Positions 54,847 to 63,779 of a DNA stretch of 64,000 bases are shown in pieces. This stretch comes from an uncultured Spirochaetota bacterium (GTDB lineage: Bacteria > Spirochaetota > Brevinematia > Brevinematales > JAOACQ01): NCBI GenBank assembly GCA_963835575.1, contig CAWIGG010000006.1, positions 101,151 to 165,150 on the forward strand, read 5' to 3'. How positions within the stretch are numbered: the first letter of the stretch is position 1; each line of letters opens with the position of its first letter. A program made the translations under genes and the position numbers. The notes beneath the pieces were generated by a model. That model searched no databases. It was given only the letters and a program-made list of their open reading frames with translations, and was not told where the DNA came from.

Positions 54847-56709
54847 ATGAAAAAAAGAGTGTTATTGTGTTTTTTGACTGCGATTTTAGCGCTGACAGTA
54901 TTGTCAGGATGTTCGATTCAGAAAAGTATTAATGCGGATTCGGGTACCGATTCAAATCAAACCTCGGAAATTGATACCCCTCAATTAGCTATTGTCGGCT
55001 GGACTTATCTGAACCCGGTAGCTTATTGGAGTTTTGATCAAAATGAAGGGAATTTTGTGCGGGACAACTCGGGAAGCGGAGCGGATGGAAATATTGCCGC
55101 AGGAGACGCAACCTGCGGCGTTGAAGCGGGAAAATTCGGCAGGGCGGCTTACTTTAACAACGATACCAGGGCAGGCGACATATTGGTAAAAGACCAGCCG
55201 GGATTTCAAATCGCGAATCAGATGACAATCGCCGTATGGGTCAGACCTATGGAAAATCCCATTGGAGGGGGTGAGAATATTCTCAACAAATGGTATGACT
55301 GGGGCGACGCTTACTGGTTCGGCTTAAATGATCAGGGGAAGATTGAGTTCGCAATCTCCTTTGAACCGGGGTTTGAAAACGATTTTAGGGTTATCTCAAC
55401 CCAGCCTTTGCCGTCAGGTGAATGGACGCATTGTTCCGGGGTATATAATGGACGTGAACTTATTCTTTATATCAACGGCGTGGTGGACAGCAGAACGGTC
55501 CTTCCAAGCGCATACCAGGGAAAATCCATCAGAAAATCAAATCATGATATTCACATCGGCAACTACCCCTATCTGGGATACAAAGGATTGAAAATGCTGC
55601 TGGATGAGCTGTGGTTTTTTAATTGTTCGTTAAGCCAATTTCAGGTAAATAAAATTATGACAACCAGCCCTTCTCAGATAAAATGGTCCGTAAAAAATCC
55701 CGGATTCACTCCTCCAGCCGGCGTTTACAGTGGACCCGTGAATGCTGCAATCAGTTGTGTGACATCCGGGGCAACAATCATTTATACCACGGACGGATCC
55801 ACACCCTCGTCAACACATGGATTAACCTATTCAGGCCCTATTGCCATTGAAAAGAATACCACCATCAGGGCGATTGCTTTAAAGAGCGGCTGGATAGACA
55901 GCCAGGTTGTCAGCGCGAGATATATATTACTGTCGGAGCCTAAAAATTTAACCGTGAATTTGAAAACAATGTCGTCAATAATATTAGTTTGGAATAAGCC
56001 TGACTATACCGGGTCCGGATATCCGGGATATATTGTCACATGCAAATCATCGGACGGCAGTTACCACATAATAGCAACAAATTATGCAAATTATTTCATT
56101 ATCAATAGTCTAAAATCATCCCAAAATTATATTTTTACCGTTAAAGCCGTCGATTTTTTGGGATATACATCCTCAGCGGCCTCAATATTCGTCACAACAT
56201 TAAAACGTTCTTCACCCATGTTCAATTATCCGATTAGCAATGCAACGGCTTTAGGATATTTTATTGACACAGGCGCAGATCTTTACGCGCCGACAAACAC
56301 CCCGTGCTATGCAATTGCAGATGGCGGAATCAGCATCTTCAGTAGACCTGCTTCAGCAAATAAGATATTGTATATAACCAATACTCCTTTCTTATGGACT
56401 GACTGCACAGGTAAAAAATTTACAATCAAAGGATATTCCTATGCTCATTTAAACGCATATAGCTCTGACTTGTATCATGCCGCGTATAGCGATAAATTTA
56501 TTAAATACGGAACATTAGTAGCTTATAGCGGCGCGGCTAATAATACACCTCACCTTCATTTTACTTTTATAACCGGGGAAGAAAATTTTCATGAGATTCG
56601 CGATCCGGATAATAACTTATTGAGGCGTATTACCTGGGGTAATTATCTTAACCGCGACCAGGTGTATGAGCTTTTAGGATTGGAATACGGCATGAATTTT
56701 ACCAGATAA
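54847..56709 (+). CDS. multidomain lipoprotein: LamG/ConA-like + chitobiase/Fn3-like + FN3 + C-terminal M23-like domain
   Basis: Lipobox LSGC. LamG-type LDELWFFNCSLS. PAGVYSGPVNAAISCVTSGATIIYTTDGSTPS (a CHB_HEX_C-like module). The C-terminus has DLYAPTNTPCYAIADGG...YAHL...TPHLHFTF. Confidence 0.7.
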   Translation: MKKRVLLCFLTAILALTVLSGCSIQKSINADSGTDSNQTSEIDTPQLAIVGWTYLNPVAYWSFDQNEGNFVRDNSGSGADGNIAAGDATCGVEAGKFGRAAYFNNDTRAGDILVKDQPGFQIANQMTIAVWVRPMENPIGGGENILNKWYDWGDAYWFGLNDQGKIEFAISFEPGFENDFRVISTQPLPSGEWTHCSGVYNGRELILYINGVVDSRTVLPSAYQGKSIRKSNHDIHIGNYPYLGYKGLKMLLDELWFFNCSLSQFQVNKIMTTSPSQIKWSVKNPGFTPPAGVYSGPVNAAISCVTSGATIIYTTDGSTPSSTHGLTYSGPIAIEKNTTIRAIALKSGWIDSQVVSARYILLSEPKNLTVNLKTMSSIILVWNKPDYTGSGYPGYIVTCKSSDGSYHIIATNYANYFIINSLKSSQNYIFTVKAVDFLGYTSSAASIFVTTLKRSSPMFNYPISNATALGYFIDTGADLYAPTNTPCYAIADGGISIFSRPASANKILYITNTPFLWTDCTGKKFTIKGYSYAHLNAYSSDLYHAAYSDKFIKYGTLVAYSGAANNTPHLHFTFITGEENFHEIRDPDNNLLRRITWGNYLNRDQVYELLGLEYGMNFTR

Positions 56710-56958
56710 ATAAAACTTGCTGAAAAAAGATCATTTTTAGAAAGAAAATGCCGTTTCGACGGGCTCAATCCATGTATTATAAGTATCCGGCTTTACTCAT
56801 GGTTGATTGCCCGAAGGCGGATCATTAGTGCGGTGCACCGCGGCCGGGCATTCTTCAGCGATGGCAAGGCGATGTCCCGGGCTTGCCGGGGGAAGGGGGG
56901 AAGAGCAATGCCCGTGCCGTGCAGGACGCAGTTTCGCCCCCGCTTTGTATCGCATAAA

Positions 56959-57630
56959 TCAATGTGTAAAAAAAATGACATTAAAAGCCAAACCAATAAA
57001 TAGAACACCACAGGCTTTATTTAAAATAAACGATGTTTTTTTATCCTTTCTGAGAAATCTTAAAATATCTGATGAGAATATGGCAAGTATTAAACACCAG
57101 GCAGTTCCTGTGGTAATAAACGTAAAGCCCAGGAATAAAAATGAGAATACGCCATAATTATTGATCGGATTTATAAATTGCGGTAAAAAAGCCAGAAAAA
57201 ACAACGCCACTTTAGGATTTAACAAATTGGTTAAAAAACCCTGACTGAATATCTTGAAATCACTCATTCTATTTTTATTAATCACATTATCTTGAAATAA
57301 ATCAGAGCTGCTTATAATAGTTTTTATGCCCAAGTAAATTAAATACGCGGCGCCTGAATATTTAATAATATTAAAAGCTAATGGAGAAACCTTTAATAAT
57401 GCGGCTAATCCAAGAGCGGTAATTACATTATAACATGACGCACCGGCGCAAATACCAAGAACAGATAAAATACCGGCTTTTTTTCCTTGAGCGATACTTC
57501 TGCCGACAATATAAATAGTATCCTGGCCCGGTGTGATATTTAATAATATTCCTGCAAGCAAAAAAGCAATATAATTTTGAGTGCCAAACATAAAAACCTC
57601 TAAAAAATCGCGGTCAAAATGCCGGCGCAA
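56959..57630 (-). CDS. LysE/RhtB family amino-acid exporter
   Basis: LLAGILLNITPGQDTIYIVGRSIAQGKKAGILSVLGI with 6 TM segments, the typical LysE layout. Confidence 0.8.
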   Translation of the reverse strand: MRRHFDRDFLEVFMFGTQNYIAFLLAGILLNITPGQDTIYIVGRSIAQGKKAGILSVLGICAGASCYNVITALGLAALLKVSPLAFNIIKYSGAAYLIYLGIKTIISSSDLFQDNVINKNRMSDFKIFSQGFLTNLLNPKVALFFLAFLPQFINPINNYGVFSFLFLGFTFITTGTAWCLILAIFSSDILRFLRKDKKTSFILNKACGVLFIGLAFNVIFFTH

Positions 57631-57639
57631 AGCGGCCGC

Positions 57640-58209
57640 TTAAAGCCTTAGTTTTTTACTAATTTTTAGTACATTTTCACCCAATATCTCAGCCTGTTTT
57701 AATCTTTTTTCCTGTTTTAAAATATCGCCGGGCTCGGACGCGACAGCCGTCACGCCGTTTAATTCGCCGGGGACGCAGATCATGCCGCATGACAGCATCC
57801 AGTTATAAATCGCGTTTATTGTTATCGTCTGGCCGCCGCTGCTTCCGCGTCCGACCGCCATGGCGCCGCCGGCTTTTCCCCGCAGCGGTCTTTTCATGGA
57901 AACTCCATAATGCCTGTCCAATACCGACATCAATTGCGAACTGATGTTCCGCGAGTAAACCGGACTTGCCACAATTATCGCGTCGCACCAGTCAAACGCG
58001 TCATAAAAATAATGCATATCATCTTCAATCCGGCATTTTCCTTCAGCCCGGCATGTTTCGCATCCGTCACATGGCCCAACTTTCAACTCGCTCATTTTCA
58101 AATGCTTTGTTTCCCATCCGTCTTTTTTGAATGGGTTCAGCGCATAATCAATCAATACGGCGCTGTTCCCATTTACCCGCGGCGTTCCTGAAATTCCTAA
58201 AACATTCAT
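57640..58209 (-). CDS. iron-sulfur flavoprotein / NADPH-dependent FMN reductase family
   Basis: GISGTPRVNGNS flavodoxin-like fold start and a compact cluster motif CDGCETCRAEGKC (C-x2-C-x2-C-x5-C). Confidence 0.75.
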   Translation of the reverse strand: MNVLGISGTPRVNGNSAVLIDYALNPFKKDGWETKHLKMSELKVGPCDGCETCRAEGKCRIEDDMHYFYDAFDWCDAIIVASPVYSRNISSQLMSVLDRHYGVSMKRPLRGKAGGAMAVGRGSSGGQTITINAIYNWMLSCGMICVPGELNGVTAVASEPGDILKQEKRLKQAEILGENVLKISKKLRL

Positions 58210-58403
58210 TTTTTACCTTCTATATATAATACTTGTTACAAACATAATACTTTAATATAAATATTCTGTAAAATCAAGCGGGGAATTAAGCATGATAAAA
58301 TAGAATTGATTCCGGCAAACCGGTTTATTTGACTATAGCCAGCCTGCTGGTTATATTACAAACTGATAATTATTATTGTTAATCAATATTATGGAGGCTT
58401 TCC

Positions 58404-59445
58404 ATGAAAAATACTATTTCCATTGTCTTCTGCCTGGCCCTGTTCTTTTATGCCGCAGGGCTCAATGCTCAAACTAATATCCCGGGATATAAAATAGCCA
58501 ACCGTTTTCAAATAGAAGGCGGCGGCGGCTGGGACGCACTGACAGTTGACAGCGCAAGCGGCAGGGTTTTCCTCTCCCATGGAACCATGGTGCAGGTCCT
58601 GGATGAAAAATCCGGAAAGCTGATAGGTACTATTTCCGGAACGCAGGGAGTCCACGGGATCGCGCTGGCCCCGGATTTCAACAAAGGGTTCACCAGCGAC
58701 GGCAGGGATAACACCGTCACGGTTTTCAATCTAAAAACACTGGAAATAATCGAAAAGATTCCCGTTACCGGCAGCAATCCAGACGCGATCTTCTATGACA
58801 CATTTTCTCATCTGGTTTTCGTCTTTAACGGCAGAAGCTCAAACGCGACAGTGATCAACACGAAAGATGACAAGATAACCGCGACAATTCCTCTCGCCGG
58901 AAAACCCGAATTTTCGGCATCCGATGAAAATGGGTCCGTTTATGTCAATATTGAAGACAAAAATTCGGTATCTGTCATTGACACAAAAACTCTGAGGGTG
59001 ATAAAAAACTACCCCTTGACGCCGGGTGAAGAACCGACCGGCATTGCCGTCGATAATGAAAACCACCGTCTGTTCGTCAGCTGCAATAATAAACTCATGG
59101 TCATCATGAACACGCAAAACGGAAAGATCATTACAGCTTTACCGATCGGCGGGCATGTTGACGGGGCCGCATTCGACCCCGGTTTGAAATTGGCCTTTGC
59201 ATCCAGCGGGGACGGCACTTTAACGGTCATTCAGGAGTTGAGTAAAGATATTTTTAAAGTTCCTTGACAACGCGGCGACCCGGAAAGGCGCCAGGACCAT
59301 CGCGATCGATACAAATACGCACCATCTATTTCTGCCGACGGCCGAATTCGGCCCGGCCCCAAAACCGACCGCCGAAAATCCAAGGCCGAGGCCGGTCATC
59401 AAGCCCGGAAGCTTTGTCATATTAGACATGGCTCCTGTAAATTAA
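58404..59445 (+). pseudogene. YncE/YVTN-type beta-propeller protein, split by one frameshift
   Basis: The ORF 58404-59267 ends ...DIFKVP*. A +1 frame continues with NAATRKGARTIAIDTNTHHLFLPTAEFGPAPKPTAENPRPRPVIKPGSFVILDMAPVN* (to 59445), the expected conserved C-terminus. The shift lies within gatatttttaaagtt (about 59250-59262). The span is 1042 nt, which is 3n+1. Confidence 0.7.
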
Positions 59446-59454
59446 TCCGGATAA

Positions 59455-59898
59455 TTAAAAAAGAGAAACTATAACAGCCCAGGCGGCCCCCCAGATGACG
59501 CCGCTTATGACTTCAGCTATTGAATGCCCCTTGAATTGAGGGATTTTATCCCGGATAGGTTGATGAAGCTCTGACATGAGCTGTCGAGTGAGATTGAGAT
59601 TGATTTCTATTACTCTCCGCATTTTCATGTTGTCATAGACAAAAATCCCGGCTAAAACGGCTGACAGGGCGAAAAGAGGGGTATTCCAGCCATCGTTTAA
59701 TCCGATTGCCGCCGTCACAGCGACGATAAACGCGGTATGGGCCGACGGAAAACCGCCATAATCTGCGATTTTTCTTATATCCGGGGGTTTTTTATTGAAA
59801 ACGGGTAAAAAAACTTTAATGATCTGCGAACTCACTTGCGCGATTATCGCCGCTAAAAAAGGCTTGGATGCCAGCACTTCCCAGATTTTTATATTCAT
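59455..59898 (-). CDS. divergent PAP2 family membrane protein (DUF212)
   Basis: GGFPSAHTAFIVAVTAAIG, about 4 TM segments, 147 aa. Confidence 0.75.
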   Translation of the reverse strand: MNIKIWEVLASKPFLAAIIAQVSSQIIKVFLPVFNKKPPDIRKIADYGGFPSAHTAFIVAVTAAIGLNDGWNTPLFALSAVLAGIFVYDNMKMRRVIEINLNLTRQLMSELHQPIRDKIPQFKGHSIAEVISGVIWGAAWAVIVSLF

Positions 59899-59943
59899 AT
59901 GTTCTCCTGTATTGTGACGTTAAAGCCTGAAAAACTATACTGT

Positions 59944-61227
59944 TTAATGAGCTGTCCCAGATAAATCATAAGGCCCATTATAAATTTCATAGATATTAGA
60001 ATTTCCTTTTGCGCCTTTATTGATCAGCAGGTGAATTATAGAGTCGTCATAACCTTTTATTACGGCCATATCCAGCGGTCTGATTCCGCCATTGAATTTA
60101 TATCCGGAGTCAATTACAGCCAAAGAAAACTCTTTAGTCATTCTATTTAAATTTTTAGATTTGTTAATTATCTTTTTTATTAATTCATTATCCAGTTTAT
60201 GATACAAAGCCCAATGAAGAATGGTCCATCCTTCAGGACGCTCAATATCAAAACTTGCTGTTTTATCAATTAAAAAAGCTATGTTATTTGACTTAATGCC
60301 GCAATACATCAGGTCCAAAGGACTTTCTGAAGTTCCAAACCTTTTAAATAAATAATATAATAAAATTTCTCCAAAAAGATTGTTTTCTTGAGGGTTAAGA
60401 ATATTGTCTTTATATATATCATAAAATAAATAGACAGGCTGCATTGTTTTAAAAGCGCATAAAAAATAGAAATTATTGGTATAAAATGATTCGCTCTTTA
60501 AAACCGGGGCCGGCATATTAGTGAGCATAATATTATAGATTGTGTTTATTTTATTCTCATCGGATTGAAGGCCTTCGACGGCATAATGTCTGGTCATTGA
60601 ATAAAAGAATGTTTCCTTATTATTAAAAGATAATAATGCAAATAATTTATAAAAATTCACCTCGTCTAAAGACAATAAAGTATCCATTGAAATTGCATCA
60701 TTTGAAATCATATAATCCAAGAAATTTGTGTAATTGAAATTGATTGAATCAATTAAATAACTGTTTGTATGATAGTCATACCCTAATTCGTTTATTAAAT
60801 AAATGTATATGGAAAAATATTTTCCGTTAAAATAAGAAGAAATCCTATTATCGTATAAATTAAATGCCAGATAAAAATTTGCGCCTCTTTCTACCAGATA
60901 CTTATATGTTTCCTTGTTTTCATTTGTGAAAGCGACAAAAAGCGGATAATATCCATTTGTGTCAGGCAAATTGACATTGCCTCCATTTGTAAATAAAAAT
61001 TCAATAATGTTTAAATTGTTTTTTTGCAGCGATAATGCAAATGGCGAGCAATATTGCTTATATGGAATATCATTTATTATCTTATACTTCTCTTTCATGG
61101 AAAACCCGGATAAATAATTAGTTGTATTATTATAATCATTCTTCTGTATATAATTCATTAAGTCAGAAGATTTATTACAGCTTGAAAATAAAATAAAAAT
61201 CAGAACAACCCGGATTTTTATATTCAT
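59944..61227 (-). CDS. AT-rich lipoprotein with ankyrin-like repeats
   Basis: AGGAG SD before the ATG at 61227, then MNIKIRVVLIFILFSSC (lipobox). ANK-like units include GWTILHWALYHKLDNELIKKIINK and RPLDMAVIKGYDDSIIHLLINKGAKGN. Confidence 0.6.
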   Translation of the reverse strand: MNIKIRVVLIFILFSSCNKSSDLMNYIQKNDYNNTTNYLSGFSMKEKYKIINDIPYKQYCSPFALSLQKNNLNIIEFLFTNGGNVNLPDTNGYYPLFVAFTNENKETYKYLVERGANFYLAFNLYDNRISSYFNGKYFSIYIYLINELGYDYHTNSYLIDSINFNYTNFLDYMISNDAISMDTLLSLDEVNFYKLFALLSFNNKETFFYSMTRHYAVEGLQSDENKINTIYNIMLTNMPAPVLKSESFYTNNFYFLCAFKTMQPVYLFYDIYKDNILNPQENNLFGEILLYYLFKRFGTSESPLDLMYCGIKSNNIAFLIDKTASFDIERPEGWTILHWALYHKLDNELIKKIINKSKNLNRMTKEFSLAVIDSGYKFNGGIRPLDMAVIKGYDDSIIHLLINKGAKGNSNIYEIYNGPYDLSGTAH

Positions 61228-61394
61228 ATGAACTCCTTTATTTTGAATTTCAAGTATTAATAACCAATTTTCGCTTAGCAAAGCATGCGAAGTTCAGCCA
61301 AAACTTGATTCAATTAACACATCGCTTGCAGAGCGTGTAGAATCGCAGTTAGCGGTGACTAACACAGCATAAAGCAGCTGTTAAGCACCGTTAC

Positions 61395-62225
61395 TTATTT
61401 TTCTGAATCTATCACTCTTTCCAGCCAGTCTTTTGTCAGGCAGTTAAATAATTCCGGCTGTTCTATCTCAAGATTATGACCGGCTTTATCAAGAACAACA
61501 AAGGATGCTCTCGGATAATTCTCCAGGAAATCCCATGAATCAATATACCCCACGACAGAGTCCTGTTTTCCCATGATTATTAAAACCGGTTTATCTAATG
61601 GCTGTCCCAGGCGATCAACATCAAAAGTATAAGCCGCTTTTTTCCCCCAATGATTGTTAATAAAGGTATTATCCGCGATTCTCAGTCCGGGCAATACTGA
61701 TTCTTTATATCTCATCCATACTTTTTTTGTCTGGATAACCGAATTAATTGATTCAAAATATGATCTTTCTTCATCAGACAGAATCTCACTGAGAGAATCG
61801 TCTTTTTCTAAAACGCTGAATACAGGTGCGTTTTTATATTGTGTTTCATGCCTGGCCAATGGGCAGACAAGAAGTAACCCTTTAACCATACGCTGTTTTT
61901 TCTGCACGATGCCTCTTGCCAGATACCCTCCATATGATTTTCCGGCTATAAGGAAAGGCTGATCCGGAATGACCCCTTCAATAAAATCAATTACCAGCTC
62001 CAGCATTCTATCTGCGTTTGACAGCCATTCATTTCCTTTCGTTTTTCCCATTCCCGGCAGATCAAAATAAATCCTTCTGAAAATTCCATCATATCCTGTA
62101 AACAGCGGTTCCATGCACTCTTTCAGGGACCGGTGATCCAGGCCCCATCCATGAATCATAATTATTGGCAAACCGGAACCGATAGATTCATAATAAATAT
62201 TCATTCCATGCGATTGATATTCCAT
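61395..62225 (-). CDS. alpha/beta hydrolase
   Basis: PIIMIHGWG, nucleophile elbow GKSYGGYLA, and a C-terminal GHNLEIEQPE. AGAGGGG SD before the ATG at 62225. Confidence 0.75.
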   Translation of the reverse strand: MEYQSHGMNIYYESIGSGLPIIMIHGWGLDHRSLKECMEPLFTGYDGIFRRIYFDLPGMGKTKGNEWLSNADRMLELVIDFIEGVIPDQPFLIAGKSYGGYLARGIVQKKQRMVKGLLLVCPLARHETQYKNAPVFSVLEKDDSLSEILSDEERSYFESINSVIQTKKVWMRYKESVLPGLRIADNTFINNHWGKKAAYTFDVDRLGQPLDKPVLIIMGKQDSVVGYIDSWDFLENYPRASFVVLDKAGHNLEIEQPELFNCLTKDWLERVIDSEK

Positions 62226-62344
62226 AAATTCCCCTCTTTGAAATAATTTAAAACTTCCGGCGTCAAACGGCTGCGGCAAAACGGCGTTTACCGTCCCGTC
62301 AGGAAGCCGGGTATTGTGTCATTACATCCATATCTAAATAATAA

Positions 62345-63283
62345 CTACTGCATTTCAAATACTTTTCTTATTGCAGGGACAGGAAGGCCGGACTTTTCAA
62401 CCAAAACCTCAAGTTCTTTGGCAAGGCAATTCATTTCATCCGGCGCCTGAGATACATGATATGCCAATCCAACTTCACCTAATTTTGAAGAAAGTAAAGC
62501 CCGGAATCCCGTGGCTATAATAAAACGTGGAAGAAATTTAATTATGTTTTGGCTTTTTGGAACTATTCGATATCCAAGAGCTTGAAGAACTTTAAATGAT
62601 TCACGCATCGCATCTACAAAAAGATTGAGGTCTTGAGTACTTTTGGCTAAAGTTTTAATATCAAGTCCATACTTTATTGTAAGTTTGGCAATGAGCGGAA
62701 CGCCCACGGCATGTGTGGCAAGAAAATCTAAAATACAATTTGAGGCTTTCGCTTTGAAACCTCCTTTACGTATGATATTTATAAGCCGGGTAAGTCTTGG
62801 TGTTATAGTCCCATTTATCTCGCCAAACGGCACTGCGATTGATGTAGATATCATGGCTTTTATGACACTACCTTCTCTTTTACCTGCTCCAAAAACAAAG
62901 CCCATCAAAACACGTTCTTGACCCAATGCTTTAGTATATTCATCCGGTCCTGCGAGGTTATTTATCATAAAAACTATGTTTGGAGATTTATTTTCAGCTA
63001 AAATCGGTAATAATTCTGATACTTGGTTCTTCCGTATGACAACAAAGATATAGTCATAAATGTCTTCTGAGTTCAGTTTGTTGATAACGGGCACTTTAGT
63101 AACACTACGCTTTTTGTTAAATGGATTTTCAATAATGATTCCATCTTCACGGATTTCATCGAAACGCTTTCCTCTTGCAAGTATGGTGACATTTATTCCA
63201 CCTTTATACAGAACAGAAGCACATGCTGATCCATTCACACCAGCGCCTATAACAAGTATTCTTGCATTATCGGTTCTCATCAT
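62345..63283 (-). CDS. ketopantoate reductase (ApbA/PanE) family oxidoreductase
   Basis: Rossmann start RILVIGAGVNGSACASVL. GGGAG SD before the ATG at 63283. Confidence 0.6.
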   Translation of the reverse strand: MMRTDNARILVIGAGVNGSACASVLYKGGINVTILARGKRFDEIREDGIIIENPFNKKRSVTKVPVINKLNSEDIYDYIFVVIRKNQVSELLPILAENKSPNIVFMINNLAGPDEYTKALGQERVLMGFVFGAGKREGSVIKAMISTSIAVPFGEINGTITPRLTRLINIIRKGGFKAKASNCILDFLATHAVGVPLIAKLTIKYGLDIKTLAKSTQDLNLFVDAMRESFKVLQALGYRIVPKSQNIIKFLPRFIIATGFRALLSSKLGEVGLAYHVSQAPDEMNCLAKELEVLVEKSGLPVPAIRKVFEMQ

Positions 63284-63501
63284 AATGCTCCCTGCAAATT
63301 TATTTTTAATATTTAAAATAAAATTATACACCCTTTGAAGCATAAAAATCCAAAATTATAAAATTATTCTTAATTTTTGAGCCTTTACAGTTTATGTACT
63401 CTGATTCACAGTCTGGATCAGTACTCATCCTGGTCCCCGCACAATTTTTTTATTTTATTATTTTTCTTCATCATCGTCCCCCGGCGGTTTTTTCCTGCCT
63501 A

Positions 63502-63723
63502 GGCCGGAGTTTATTTTTCATTTTCAAATCCTCCTTGCCTTTACCAGCCGGCACGGATGCCGGCGTTTGAGGGCCTCATTGTCGCTTTTCCCTTGAACTC
63601 CAAAAATTTCCGGTTTACCCCAGTGCGATGGCAACTACCCGGAAATTTTTGGAGTGATTCTAACTTCCGCCAGCAGGATGCCAGTTTGGCCCGATTAGAA
63701 AAAATGAAAGATAAACTCCGGCC
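63502..63723. repeat. nested inverted repeats with no ORF inside
   Basis: Outer: GGCCGGAGTTTATTTTTCATTTT (63502-63524) versus AAAATGAAAGATAAACTCCGGCC (63701-63723), matching 22/23. Inner: a perfect 16-bp IR CTCCAAAAATTTCCGG (63598-63613) versus CCGGAAATTTTTGGAG (63639-63654). A hairpin GCCGGCAcggaTGCCGGC lies at 63547-63564. Confidence 0.85.
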
Positions 63724-63779
63724 CCTGCTCTACCGGGGGACAATCCTGCTGCCGATGCGGCGTAGCCGCATCGTGCCCT

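Noticed and set aside
56803-57157. 66-116-aa ORFs in the GC-rich segment after the LamG/M23 gene
   Set aside because: They overlap the palindrome cluster and the 3' end of the LysE gene on the other strand. Their Arg/Gly/Cys-rich composition has no recognisable fold.
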